From an uncultured virus (IMG/VR IMGVR_UViG_3300027816_004729) (Duplodnaviria; Heunggongvirae; Uroviricota; Caudoviricetes), in IMG/VR virus record IMGVR_UViG_3300027816_004729: a stretch of DNA of 64,000 bases. One strand, 5' to 3'. The notes under the pieces are model-generated. The model was not told the origin of the DNA, searched no databases, and saw nothing but the letters and a program-made list of their open reading frames with translations. The translations under genes were made by a program, and so were the position numbers. Positions 46,762 to 56,865 of the stretch are shown in pieces. The number at the start of each line of letters is the position of its first letter. Position 1 is the first letter of the stretch.

Positions 46762-48105
46762 TTATTTGCCTTGTTGCTGAATTATCAGTTCTTCTAATTT
46801 TTTATACAACTCTGAATACTCTTTTGAAGCAGGATCTACTTTCTCGATTTTCCGGTCAAGTTCGTTAATTTGGTCTTGCAAACTGTTTTTTGCTTCTATG
46901 GCTTTGAAGTATCCGGAAACGTCGTAACCGCCGTTTTTGGCCGACTCTAAATATTTGCTTCTTGAAGACTCAAGTTTCTTTTCAAGTTGCGCCATTAAAC
47001 CATCAGCAAGCTCCTGCTCTGTTCTTACATTCGGCACCATCGATTTGTAGCGCGCCACGTCTTCATTTGTTAAAACGCCAACTTCGCCAAAGACGGATCT
47101 AGCTAATCCTGGGACAATGCTTTCAACAAGTTTATTGAGTCTTTGCGCCGCGACGTCGTAAGGATTTTTTTCCTTAAAAATACCAAATAACGGTCCGCGG
47201 GTCACATTTTTCATCTGAGCCTTAATATCTTCCAGCGATGCGCCTAACTCGTCATACTGAGCCATTCTTGTCACAAAAGTGTCAGTTACCGGTCTCCCTT
47301 CGCCTTTTGGCTTTACCGTTACGGTTCCAGTTGGAGTTTTATAAGTTTGCGACGTAATTTCGGATCCCTCGGGTATGTTTACTGCGCCTAAAGGAGAATC
47401 ACTTTTCTCGTAAGGATCACCTACACGTTTGCCAGTTATCCGATCCACGAGTATAACTTTGCTTGTTCCTTCTATAGGCATTTCTACAAATGGCGATGGT
47501 GGTTTGGATCGCGCCAATGGTGCGGCACTTGCAGGCGCTCCCGATTGTCGATTGTCGTACGAAAATTGTTCGACTCCTTTTCCAGGTTTTTCTGTAAAAC
47601 CGAATCCAAATTTGCTGTCAGATGGAATATCTTGCGGAAATAGTGAAGCATCTACATCGCCTAATGGTGTAGTTTCGGTAGGCAAAGCTTCTGGCGGTAA
47701 AGGACTGTAGTAATTTGCCGCAGCTTGTTCGCGCCGTTCTTTGTCTATTTGGAGTTGCGTTAGCGTATCTTTGAGTACGTTGTCTTCGGACTTTAAGTCG
47801 GCGAGATAGACATTTTGTAAAAACTTGTTGAGATCTTCCTCTTCCTCTAGCGCGGCTTTTTCTTTTAATAGTTCTTTTTCGTGTTCTTGCTTGAATCTTT
47901 CAGATATGCCTTCGGTTACGCCTTTAACGCCAATGGTAATGCCTGACAAGAGATTTTCAGATGCTTGTTGTTGGCCTTTTAACCACAAGTCGATTCCCGG
48001 GTCAGCGACAAGACTTTCGCCGCTCGCAAATCCAAAACTTGGACCTTGAACGTTTTCAAGTCTTGCTGCCGCCGGGGCGTTAAACTGAAATCCTCCTGTT
48101 TGCAT
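46762..48105 (-). CDS. internal virion/ejection protein (putative)
   Basis: Position directly upstream of the giant protein; coiled-coil and Pro-rich segments; GEVGVLT..D motif. Confidence 0.55.
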   Translation of the reverse strand: MQTGGFQFNAPAAARLENVQGPSFGFASGESLVADPGIDLWLKGQQQASENLLSGITIGVKGVTEGISERFKQEHEKELLKEKAALEEEEDLNKFLQNVYLADLKSEDNVLKDTLTQLQIDKERREQAAANYYSPLPPEALPTETTPLGDVDASLFPQDIPSDSKFGFGFTEKPGKGVEQFSYDNRQSGAPASAAPLARSKPPSPFVEMPIEGTSKVILVDRITGKRVGDPYEKSDSPLGAVNIPEGSEITSQTYKTPTGTVTVKPKGEGRPVTDTFVTRMAQYDELGASLEDIKAQMKNVTRGPLFGIFKEKNPYDVAAQRLNKLVESIVPGLARSVFGEVGVLTNEDVARYKSMVPNVRTEQELADGLMAQLEKKLESSRSKYLESAKNGGYDVSGYFKAIEAKNSLQDQINELDRKIEKVDPASKEYSELYKKLEELIIQQQGK

Positions 48106-48108
48106 AAC

Positions 48109-48891
48109 TTACATTCCTCCAACTCGGGCTTGCGGATTTGAATAAGTCAAATTGGCAGCCTTATTAATAGACTCGCCGAACTTCGTAAACACCTGAGAGT
48201 TTGCCGGCAATCCTAATATTGTATTTTGGACTGTTGCCGGAGACATAACACTTACCGCGGCGGGTCTAGTGGTTCTTGCTACTCCTGTGTCCGCACCTTT
48301 TTCTTTCTTAAGAAACGTTTCTCCGCCAGTGACTTTTGTAGCTGCAGAACCGGCCTTTGACTCGTATTCTTTGCGTCGTTTTTCACCTTCGGCTTTACTA
48401 ACTTGCTCAAATCGCGTTTGCTCTGCTTTTTTACGCGCGTCTTCGGAAGCGGCTGCCGTCCGCGCGGCTTGATCATCCGCAATTTGTTTATTAGCCTGAG
48501 CCGGGGTTCCTCCAGAAGGCGTAGCCGGTTTGTTTTGCGGCTGTTGTTGCGGTTGTGATTGCGGTCGCGGTTGTGGTTTAGGCTCTTCTTTTTTTGGCGG
48601 AGAAAAAAAGTTTTTAACGGCTTTAAATACTTTACCAAAGAAGAATTCCGGATAACCCGTCGTCGGATTTATTTTATTTGCTTCATTACCGACGGTAAAT
48701 TCGTTAATATCCACGCCATAAGAAGCGAAAACCTCCTCGATAGTAGCTTTAATTTCCGGGATTTCGGCTAAACTAGTAGGAATGACAATTTCGCCGGCCG
48801 TTAAGTGCCCGACAATATTGTCCGTGGATCTTCCGGAATTTTCAATTTCTTTGAAAATTTCTTCCATTCCGTTATCGGGAGTATTTTCCAT
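48109..48891 (-). CDS. internal virion protein (putative)
   Basis: GR..D...GHLT.GE.VIP...INP.TG.PEF N-terminal domain followed by an amphipathic helix and a Gln/Pro-rich region. Confidence 0.55.
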   Translation of the reverse strand: MENTPDNGMEEIFKEIENSGRSTDNIVGHLTAGEIVIPTSLAEIPEIKATIEEVFASYGVDINEFTVGNEANKINPTTGYPEFFFGKVFKAVKNFFSPPKKEEPKPQPRPQSQPQQQPQNKPATPSGGTPAQANKQIADDQAARTAAASEDARKKAEQTRFEQVSKAEGEKRRKEYESKAGSAATKVTGGETFLKKEKGADTGVARTTRPAAVSVMSPATVQNTILGLPANSQVFTKFGESINKAANLTYSNPQARVGGM

Positions 48892-48892
48892 A

Positions 48893-49354
48893 TTATAGTC
48901 CTCCCATACGAGCGCCAGATGTTTGGTAAATCATGTTGGCTGGTTTGACAATGGCTGTTCCGAACGGCGTTAAACCTGGCGCTGGAAGTGAAGATTTAGA
49001 CTGGTCGCCAATTTTTTTGTTCATTGCAGAAGTTGTCGAATCGGCAATTGTGCTATCTTCTGGCGCGCCTCCTGCTTGCTGCGCAAAAGTTTCGGTTTCT
49101 GTTTTATATTTTTGTAAAGCATCCGCGTCTTTAGCCATTTGTTTTTCATCCCATAATGCTTGTTCGCGCTTAGCATTATCGGCGGCAATTCTCGCATCCT
49201 CGTCGGCTTTTTGCTTTTCGTATTGCTTAATCATATCGTCATATTGCTTTTGTTGCATTTGACGTTGTTTGTCCATTTCTGCAGCCCAAATCTGCATTGA
49301 GTTGTCTGGAGCAGGTTTACTGCTACTACTACTACGACGACGTCCTCCACCCAT
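48893..49354 (-). CDS. internal virion protein (putative)
   Basis: MGGG start, coiled-coil; C-terminus resembles that of the downstream ORF (ARMGGL versus ARVGGM). Confidence 0.55.
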   Translation of the reverse strand: MGGGRRRSSSSSKPAPDNSMQIWAAEMDKQRQMQQKQYDDMIKQYEKQKADEDARIAADNAKREQALWDEKQMAKDADALQKYKTETETFAQQAGGAPEDSTIADSTTSAMNKKIGDQSKSSLPAPGLTPFGTAIVKPANMIYQTSGARMGGL

Positions 49355-49387
49355 ATTATTTCCTCCTTATTTTATTTTTGTGTTATA

Positions 49388-49717
49388 TCAAAACCCGCGT
49401 CGTGCGGGATTCGAAAAATTAGTTCCCGAGTACATTCCGCCATTGCGAAGATCTGCGTCCGACGTAACGCCCGACCCAAAGTTATACTTATAATTCGCAA
49501 AGACTGGTTTATTCATTTCAGGAGAATATCCAGTTTTTTGGTTAGCATACGCGTCTCCAAACTTGCTAAACGCGTCCGTGACTCCTGAAGCAAGAGCTTG
49601 CCGTTGTGCTAATTGCTGTGCGGCTTGCTGTGTTGCTTGTTGTGTTGCGGCCGAAGTTGCCGATGACGCGGCGGCTGATGACGCGGCTCCGGCTCCCGCT
49701 GATGCTGCTCCTCCCAT
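49388..49717 (-). CDS. Ala/Gln-rich internal virion protein (putative)
   Basis: ATG at 49717 gives MGGAAS...; low complexity. Confidence 0.5.
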   Translation of the reverse strand: MGGAASAGAGAASSAAASSATSAATQQATQQAAQQLAQRQALASGVTDAFSKFGDAYANQKTGYSPEMNKPVFANYKYNFGSGVTSDADLRNGGMYSGTNFSNPARRGF

Positions 49718-49770
49718 ATTTTTATTTCTTTCTGGTTTGTTGTTATTTTGTAGAAAGTCCTTTTTTTGCT

Positions 49771-50571
49771 TTAGTTCCTTAACCCGCAATACGGGATTTT
49801 AGGTTCGCATATTTGAACCGACTCCGATACATTTGGAATGACCATGTCGTTTAGTTTCGGGCACTTAACATACTCAGGGGAATTTTTATTTATGCAATTT
49901 GTGCAAGCGTGGTAATAGTCGCTATTTAGATGTTTATCGGATTTGGTTTTGATAATTCCATCCACCACTTCATAACGGTTTTCGTCAAAAGGAATATTAT
50001 TGTTTAGCGTGTAATCGGACACGTCTTTTTCAGACCAATCTTTTAAAGGAAACCAAATATCCGCAGAATTCGGGATTTTTTGAATGTCCAATTGAAGCGG
50101 AATTGGTCCGCTTAAAGGATCTACGTCGCAACTTTTGTGCCCGCAAATAAGACTGTCCCAAACAAACTCGGTTTTGTCAATTTTGGGTCTTAAAAGCCAC
50201 TCAACTCCGCATACAAATTTTTTATTTGGCTCGTACGGTTCGGTTCCTCTGGCGATGATTAAACTTTCCTGGCCGATGGAATAGGATTCCATAAAATCAA
50301 TCCTATCGTTTCCATAACAAAGCGCGATAGACTTAGGCATCGAGTCATAAACCGAAAGATTTAAATCTTGCGATAGTTTATTGTGGAACGACCACTTTGC
50401 TTTCATCCAAGGAAGAGTCCATTGAATGCAGTCAATGTCTTTCTTCATCACTTCTTTTATCAGAAAAAGAAGGACGGTACTATCTTTTCCACCAGACCAA
50501 AGTAGCGCGGGTCTTTTCGATTTCTCGAAAACTAAGTGAATTTTTTCTACCGTTTTGTCTATGAGTTCCAT
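49771..50571 (-). CDS. PAPS-reductase-family (PP-loop) protein
   Basis: WSGGKDS, G.K..D, PLKDWSE.DV..Y, C-terminal C..C...CP. Confidence 0.8.
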   Translation of the reverse strand: MELIDKTVEKIHLVFEKSKRPALLWSGGKDSTVLLFLIKEVMKKDIDCIQWTLPWMKAKWSFHNKLSQDLNLSVYDSMPKSIALCYGNDRIDFMESYSIGQESLIIARGTEPYEPNKKFVCGVEWLLRPKIDKTEFVWDSLICGHKSCDVDPLSGPIPLQLDIQKIPNSADIWFPLKDWSEKDVSDYTLNNNIPFDENRYEVVDGIIKTKSDKHLNSDYYHACTNCINKNSPEYVKCPKLNDMVIPNVSESVQICEPKIPYCGLRN

Positions 50572-51330
50572 TTAGAAAATAATAGCTGCGCCAGCCAAAG
50601 CGCCGGCGGCACCAATTCCTGCTCCCATAAGCGCCGTTTTATTTCCTTCTCCGGCAGCGGCCGCCGCATTTTTTGCTTGAAGATTTTGAGATCTCCTTTG
50701 CGCGTCCATTTGAGCAAACTGTTGAAAACCGCCCATGATGTTTTCGGCGTTGTTTGACATCAATCCCAAATTTCTTGTTTTATAAGCATCTCGCGCATTT
50801 GCGTTTTCAGCAGCCATCTGCGTCTCATAACTGGCAATTGCGCCAGGATCTAATCCAACCATTGCCATTGGATTTGCCGCCAAATGACGGGCAGCGCGGT
50901 CCTGGGCTAATGCCCGGTTCATATAATAATCTTCGCGGGTCTTATCCGCAAGCGCAGAGCGGGCAAATCCAGACCGGAGATTAGCGCCCGTCGATATGAC
51001 ATCGGCCAATCCCTGTTTGAGCCACATATTGGAAAGTTCTTTACTTGGACCTCCTTCAAGATCTTCTGCTGTTTGCCTGGTCAATCCTTTTCGTATTTCA
51101 GCTAAACGCGGATCCATCCGTTCTTCAAGACCGCGCGATTTAAGAGCATTTATTTCGGATTCTCGGGCTGCAGATTTTTGAAGTGCGTCGACTTTTTGTG
51201 CCCGCATTTCTGGCGACATCTTAATAGACGACTCAAGAATACCCGTTCCTAAACCTAACCCAGAAATCATAGTCGGGGCTAGAAGCGGGTTCCCTGGATC
51301 TGTTTTTACTTTTGGCGTTCCTCCTCCCAT
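50572..51330 (-). CDS. DNA pilot/ejection protein (putative)
   Basis: MGGG start; C-terminal Gly/Ala-rich hydrophobic segment GAGIGAAGALAGAAIIF. Confidence 0.55.
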   Translation of the reverse strand: MGGGTPKVKTDPGNPLLAPTMISGLGLGTGILESSIKMSPEMRAQKVDALQKSAARESEINALKSRGLEERMDPRLAEIRKGLTRQTAEDLEGGPSKELSNMWLKQGLADVISTGANLRSGFARSALADKTREDYYMNRALAQDRAARHLAANPMAMVGLDPGAIASYETQMAAENANARDAYKTRNLGLMSNNAENIMGGFQQFAQMDAQRRSQNLQAKNAAAAAGEGNKTALMGAGIGAAGALAGAAIIF

Positions 51331-51332
51331 AA

Positions 51333-51716
51333 TTATTCTCCGGTAGTTACGTATATTTCTCGTTGCATTTTTTCAAATCCTTGTCCCTCGATCATGGCCT
51401 GCGGGAATGTACTTCTTGTAGCGTCTAATGGCACACCAATAAATCCTTCACCGGCACTTACGAATTGACAATGAGCTTTAAATCCTTGGACAACTTCGAT
51501 GACGGATCTTGGCGTTGTGACTTCAGGATGGAAAGCTGGAAAAGCTACCGGTAGATAAAATATGTCGGCGTATCCAAACGTTTTGTCGTCACGTTCAAAA
51601 GCAAATAATTTAGCATTGCGTTGCGGCACGATCAAATGATCGAAACTAGCAGCAAATTGCTGCATCTTCACAAAGTCATCACTAAATGGAGATACTTCTA
51701 CAAATTTTGTTTTCAT
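51333..51716 (-). CDS. hypothetical protein, possibly a degenerate GNAT fold
   Basis: Position before the ejection genes; ..GFEK.. C-terminal motif. Confidence 0.45.
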   Translation of the reverse strand: MKTKFVEVSPFSDDFVKMQQFAASFDHLIVPQRNAKLFAFERDDKTFGYADIFYLPVAFPAFHPEVTTPRSVIEVVQGFKAHCQFVSAGEGFIGVPLDATRSTFPQAMIEGQGFEKMQREIYVTTGE

Positions 51717-52975
51717 CGGGTTGCCGTAACCACAATCGAAATGTCATTCATAATATTTGTTGCCACAGTTCCTGTCGCGGATACCGCTCTAAACCTAAGA
51801 GACGCCGGCGTTTTCCATTGATTATATGGAAGCGCGGGACTTCCGATCCACAAAGAACCCGTTGACGCGGTTCCTACCGAACCAGTCCAAGAATACGATG
51901 TGTCCGTAAACGGAGTTGTAAATGTTAATCGGTAGTCAAAAGCGGCTAATCTTGTTAACGAGCAACCGTAACTTGACCTAACTCCATCGGATGTGACGGT
52001 AAATGTCGTCACGCCGTTTTGAGTCGTGGTCGCGGCACCAGAAAGCATTTTGAATTCAAGTTGCGTCGCTGAAATTGCGCGCGTTATTCGAACTCCAAGC
52101 GTAGAAACGTTTGCTCCGCCAAGCGTTGCATTTGCGGTACCGCTAATGCTGACTATTTTAAAAATCATACCCACAAAACGATCTCCTTCAAACGTCGTGG
52201 CATTTGTCATCGTCCAAGTTCCGAGATCACTCAACGCCGTTACCGCAAGTGTCGATCCAGTTGCTGCGGCAATTGTTCCATTTGCAGGAATTGCTCCTGC
52301 CGTGCAAACTAGTGATCCTCCTGTGGCTTCCAAAAATGCCGGGTCAAAATTTATTGAAGCTGAATTTACGCGTCTTTTAGTATTTTTTGTATAGTCAGAA
52401 TTGTCGCTTAAGCTCGGATATTCTATACCAGCTACAGGCATTTGGGAAGTCGTAAAAACTGTTGCTCTAAGACGAGCAGGAGTAATAATTTTTAAAGCAT
52501 CAGTACCCGTGTCTACATCAGATTGAGTTGCTAAAAAAGCAACGCCTTTTACAGTTTCAGAAGCCGGAGGATACGAAAACCCAGTTCCGCCTAGCGTGTA
52601 CGATCCTGGAGGAATACCCGTAATGGCAAGATCAATGGCAAAAAATGCCGCCGTAGTACTAACTTTAACCACGATCGGACTTGCTTGAGAATAAACAGCA
52701 AAAAGGATACCCGTGCTTGTAATAATACCGATTTCCTGGCAAGTATAAGTGTCGGTTGTTTCGTCCGAGACTGTAAAATGGATTGTATCCGAAGAAGGGT
52801 TCGAAAATCCTGAAGGAGTTAGCGATTTAATCGGAGCTTGAAGTGCCGTTTGCGTAGGTGACGGCGTGTATCCGGCATTTCCAACTTGAATCGTAGAAAG
52901 AACAACTGGCCCAAGTGTTCCGGCTTGTGCAATTGCCGCTTTGCCAACGTTTGTGATTACGAAGTTTAGAGCCAT
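51713..52975 (-). CDS. tail fibre protein
   Basis: N-terminal ITNVGKAA...EIGI....G.LFAVYS collar-fibre domain; ASET.KG...LAT...IITP motif; Thr/Gly/Ser-rich. Confidence 0.8.
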   Translation of the reverse strand: MALNFVITNVGKAAIAQAGTLGPVVLSTIQVGNAGYTPSPTQTALQAPIKSLTPSGFSNPSSDTIHFTVSDETTDTYTCQEIGIITSTGILFAVYSQASPIVVKVSTTAAFFAIDLAITGIPPGSYTLGGTGFSYPPASETVKGVAFLATQSDVDTGTDALKIITPARLRATVFTTSQMPVAGIEYPSLSDNSDYTKNTKRRVNSASINFDPAFLEATGGSLVCTAGAIPANGTIAAATGSTLAVTALSDLGTWTMTNATTFEGDRFVGMIFKIVSISGTANATLGGANVSTLGVRITRAISATQLEFKMLSGAATTTQNGVTTFTVTSDGVRSSYGCSLTRLAAFDYRLTFTTPFTDTSYSWTGSVGTASTGSLWIGSPALPYNQWKTPASLRFRAVSATGTVATNIMNDISIVVTATR

Positions 52976-53018
52976 ACTAGTTTAATAATTCACTGTGCAT
53001 TTTAAAAAGAAAATAGAA

Positions 53019-53540
53019 TTATAAGATTGTTTTTGAGAAAGAAACTCCAGACGTTACTGCCGAAGGAGTCGTGCCATCTCCCCAGTCTATCAAAGTTGGT
53101 TGCCCATTAGTCGTGATAATCATATTGGAGATTAAAGTCCCCGTCGGTGCATCAAGTGTCCAGAATATTGGAGACGACGTAAAGTCAAACCGCTCCCAAG
53201 TTATTTGTTGCAGTAATGCAAAACTATTAATTTCTCCTTCGAAATCCACGGTAACGCTTTCAAGTGAACCTGAAGGAAGAGGCGGTATAGTCGGGGTCTC
53301 AGAAGAAGTCGAAATAGAATTTTGCGGAAGTATTACTTTTTCTTCGGCGAGTTGGATTATAAACCTAAGTAGTTTATTCGAATTTAAAGATGTTAACGAG
53401 CAAGGAAGACAGTCGTCGTCATTAGTACCTTTAATAGCTATTGAAGAGTATAGCGCAATAGGCGGTTTATCTGAAAATGGACTTATAAACGCGCTAGGAG
53501 AAGTTTTTTTGAAATTTTTTATGTCAATTGCAGAAGGCAT
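53019..53540 (-). CDS. virion structural protein (putative)
   Basis: In the tail module; C-terminal IDWGDG. Confidence 0.5.
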   Translation of the reverse strand: MPSAIDIKNFKKTSPSAFISPFSDKPPIALYSSIAIKGTNDDDCLPCSLTSLNSNKLLRFIIQLAEEKVILPQNSISTSSETPTIPPLPSGSLESVTVDFEGEINSFALLQQITWERFDFTSSPIFWTLDAPTGTLISNMIITTNGQPTLIDWGDGTTPSAVTSGVSFSKTIL

Positions 53541-53541
53541 A

Positions 53542-56500
53542 CTATTGGCAAGTTACTCCAGAATTTACGTAATCTTGAGCGATGGTCAGCGCGTTAATAT
53601 CCGCATCAGTTTGACTTATTTGGCTCCTATAAACACCGCCAATTGAGTAAGCCAAAAACGAGTTAATAAAAGTGCCGTTAAAATCTAGTCGGGCAAATCG
53701 ACTAGCAGTTTCTCCGTCGTATTCGGTAAATTTTCCGACGACAATCAACTTGTTGTCATTTATGATAATTTGATTTGCGACATCATTAAACCCAGAACCC
53801 ACAATAAATGAAGAATCGATCGTTCCGGTTGAAAGAATTTTAACGATTCGGTTTCTTGGACTTCCGTTGTATGACGTGAATGAACCCGCGGCATATACGT
53901 TACCGGTTGCGTCAATTACAATAGATTTTGCAGCAAAACCATTGCCAAATCCAGATCCAACATTGAATGAAGAGTCGACAGTGCCATTGGCAAGTAGCCT
54001 GACTATATTTTTGTTTGAATTTATTCCTATGGATGAAAATATTATTTTCCCATCGGATTGAAGTGCCAAAGCGTAAAATAAATTATCTGAAGCATTGTGC
54101 TCGTAGTGTGTAAATGAAGTGTCGTCTGTTCCGTCTACATTCAAACGATTAACAGCAATTTTCGAATTTGTCCCAAAACCTGCAATTATCAGTTTCCCAT
54201 CAGGTTGTTCAATAAAATCTCTAATAGAATCAAATGGCACGCTATATGTTTTGGCAACTGTCCCATTGGCATTCAATTTTATAATTGGCGATATTCCTGA
54301 ATTTCCATTGTAGCTCGTAAATGTTCCAGAAACAAAAATTGATTGGCCGTCGTTGGCGATCTTTACTTTTCTGGCGGTTCCGGAAGGAAATCCCGCTCCA
54401 AAAGTTGGGGTTTGAGCTAAAGTTCCGCTTGAAGATAATTTTGTTATTCCGATTCTATTTTCACCGGAGTATTTTTGAAAATCGCCTACGCATATTGCGG
54501 ACCCGTCGGAATAATTGGCAATTGAATACACATTGTAACTTACCGAAGGATCTAATGGGTTGAATGGCGTATTTACGAATCCGTTTGAGGCAATATTTAC
54601 TGGCGTGTAGTTTGTCAGTCTTCCGCCATTAATTAACTCTTTTGCCGTTATTTTGCCTTGAAGTCTTGTGTTGTCAAACCAGAAATTTCCAACTAAAGCA
54701 AACTTATCCGGTAACGCGGTGATCGCGTTTACTTCGTCATTCAATACGCTAGAACATGTTCCAGGAGCAAATTTTACCGAGTCGTAGTAGCACGGATACC
54801 CTTGGACAACAACCGCGAGTTGATCTTCGGCGGCTTTTTGGGCCACAGCTAAAGCTTGAATATCGGCATCGGCTTGAGAAACTTTCGATCGGTATGTTGC
54901 CACGGCCGTAACCGCCACAGGACCGGTTACCGAAGGCGAAGGACAAAGTCTTTCCGCTTTATACGATTGAGTCGATATGAAAATTGAAGCCACCGAATTT
55001 TCGTAGCGATCGCTTATTTTTATGAAATCTTTGGCTCTGCCGTACGAATGATTTTTTCCTTGTTCGTCGACGATGCAGACTTTAGTTTCATCTTCTTCGC
55101 ATCTTCCATCTGACCGTTCTGGATGCGGTTCCATGAACATTCTTACCGATTCGACGGCTAATTGGCCGCACCACCGTATTAAAAGACTGAAAGCTTTGTC
55201 TATACTCTCTACGTTTTCGCTTTCGCATGTCGGACAACCAGTATCTAGATTTCCGTATTCGGTGATGACCCGACGACTTTGTTTTCTTAGCACTCCTAAG
55301 TCTTCAGACGCGTCATCAGGAATATTTGCTCCGGCGTCGTCAATCGCGATTGGCGCGATAATTTCTTTGCATAAAACATTCTTATAGCTACCGCGCATCC
55401 CTTTGTAGTCGACTCTCAAAGAGACGTCGCCTGAAATTTCGATAAGATTTACGTCCGCGTACAAGAATACTTTCAAGTCGTGACCATCACCCATCAATCT
55501 CGTTTCAAATTCGCAATAAATCGGGCGGCGAAAAATTTCTATTTCATTATCGGCGCCGAGTTCAAAAAATGAGTCTTCGCGTTCTGGCATAAACGCTTCC
55601 CAAATATGGTTGTGGCTTCCGTCTGATAGCGCATTATAGTCTACCGAAGCAGCAAATGCTCGGCGGCGACTACCGATGTTGGCAGCGACCCATTGTACAG
55701 GTCGTATTCCAGTCCATACGCTAGACCAAGCCGGAATTTTTTCCGCAGAAGCTTCGCTCATGGTAGCGTAATCAAGAACGAAAGTTTCTGAATTTAAATT
55801 TTCGCTAATTGGCGCAGAAACGAGCAGATAGTTTTCAAAACTTAAAGTACAAATTCCGGATTGGTCGGAAGCTAGCGATTGCTTACTAAAAGCCATTTCC
55901 GCATCTCTAAAATTAATTTGGCTAGTTAAGTTTGAAGATGCCGCGGCATCCGAAGAAACAAGACCGCCAGCGCTATACCACCACATTAATCCAGATTGGA
56001 ATGTGATGCTCCTTCCGGCAATGCATCCAGTACTAGGAAAAAGTATTGACTGAAAGTTTGGAGTGGTAGCCCATTTTGTCCGATCTCTTATTCCAGATTG
56101 AATAACTTCGCTTCTATTTTCTGTAAAAACGGTTAAAATTTCGGCTCGATTGTCGCCTAAAAACCCTACAAGACCTGTTATATCTTTCGAAAAAAGAAAG
56201 TCGCCGCGACTCGACCCGTTTATTCGTTCTGAGAATCTTAGAGGATCAAAGAGATCGGAAGCCACGACAACTTTTCCTCGTGCAACCCAAAGTCTTCCTC
56301 CTGAAAAAGCCATCCAGGTACCTCTAGGAGTTTGAAGACCAGGTTCAGCTTCTTTTAAATGTCCGGAATCAAATCCGTCCCAAAACCCGGCTTCGCTGAC
56401 ACCGTCTTGGATTATGAGTATATTGTAACTAGGAACGAGTTGTATAGCTTGATTTGAAAGAGTCGTTACAGTTTTTTCCGCAACGCAAAAATGAACCATG

Positions 56501-56862
56501 CTAGCCGCGGAATCGAATTTTAAATTCGGAATTTTAAAAAAATCCCAATCTTTTGGCTGGGCTAAAGGAAAAGGAGCTGCGTAAATTGAACCGTCTACGG
56601 CAAAAACAAGATAATCGGTTTCGGCTTCAGAGTTTTTTGTGGATACAAAATGTGCCATTCCCTGCAAATTTCCTGCAGGAAGAGTCAGTTGATGCGCAAA
56701 TCCGGGTCTTGTCTGGGCAATTCCGCCACGATTGACTATATTTACAGCCCTTCGGTATTGGTCTGGCCTTAAAAGCCAAGGATGACGAATAGTATTCATG
56801 CCAGCCGTCCATCCGGCATCCACGCTCACTAGTCTTCCAGCCGCGATATTTGGTGCCTGCAT
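53542..56862 (-). CDS. tail nozzle/stabilisation protein fused to DUF5977-like and delta-60 beta-propeller repeats
   Basis: N-terminal ~600 aa beta-rich nozzle-like region; two S..SQ.DAD..AL..AQ motifs; repeated Q.DGK.I..G.F..YNG..R..I.RL..GT.D.SF units. Confidence 0.65.
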   Translation of the reverse strand: MQAPNIAAGRLVSVDAGWTAGMNTIRHPWLLRPDQYRRAVNIVNRGGIAQTRPGFAHQLTLPAGNLQGMAHFVSTKNSEAETDYLVFAVDGSIYAAPFPLAQPKDWDFFKIPNLKFDSAASMVHFCVAEKTVTTLSNQAIQLVPSYNILIIQDGVSEAGFWDGFDSGHLKEAEPGLQTPRGTWMAFSGGRLWVARGKVVVASDLFDPLRFSERINGSSRGDFLFSKDITGLVGFLGDNRAEILTVFTENRSEVIQSGIRDRTKWATTPNFQSILFPSTGCIAGRSITFQSGLMWWYSAGGLVSSDAAASSNLTSQINFRDAEMAFSKQSLASDQSGICTLSFENYLLVSAPISENLNSETFVLDYATMSEASAEKIPAWSSVWTGIRPVQWVAANIGSRRRAFAASVDYNALSDGSHNHIWEAFMPEREDSFFELGADNEIEIFRRPIYCEFETRLMGDGHDLKVFLYADVNLIEISGDVSLRVDYKGMRGSYKNVLCKEIIAPIAIDDAGANIPDDASEDLGVLRKQSRRVITEYGNLDTGCPTCESENVESIDKAFSLLIRWCGQLAVESVRMFMEPHPERSDGRCEEDETKVCIVDEQGKNHSYGRAKDFIKISDRYENSVASIFISTQSYKAERLCPSPSVTGPVAVTAVATYRSKVSQADADIQALAVAQKAAEDQLAVVVQGYPCYYDSVKFAPGTCSSVLNDEVNAITALPDKFALVGNFWFDNTRLQGKITAKELINGGRLTNYTPVNIASNGFVNTPFNPLDPSVSYNVYSIANYSDGSAICVGDFQKYSGENRIGITKLSSSGTLAQTPTFGAGFPSGTARKVKIANDGQSIFVSGTFTSYNGNSGISPIIKLNANGTVAKTYSVPFDSIRDFIEQPDGKLIIAGFGTNSKIAVNRLNVDGTDDTSFTHYEHNASDNLFYALALQSDGKIIFSSIGINSNKNIVRLLANGTVDSSFNVGSGFGNGFAAKSIVIDATGNVYAAGSFTSYNGSPRNRIVKILSTGTIDSSFIVGSGFNDVANQIIINDNKLIVVGKFTEYDGETASRFARLDFNGTFINSFLAYSIGGVYRSQISQTDADINALTIAQDYVNSGVTCQ

Positions 56863-56865
56863 AAA

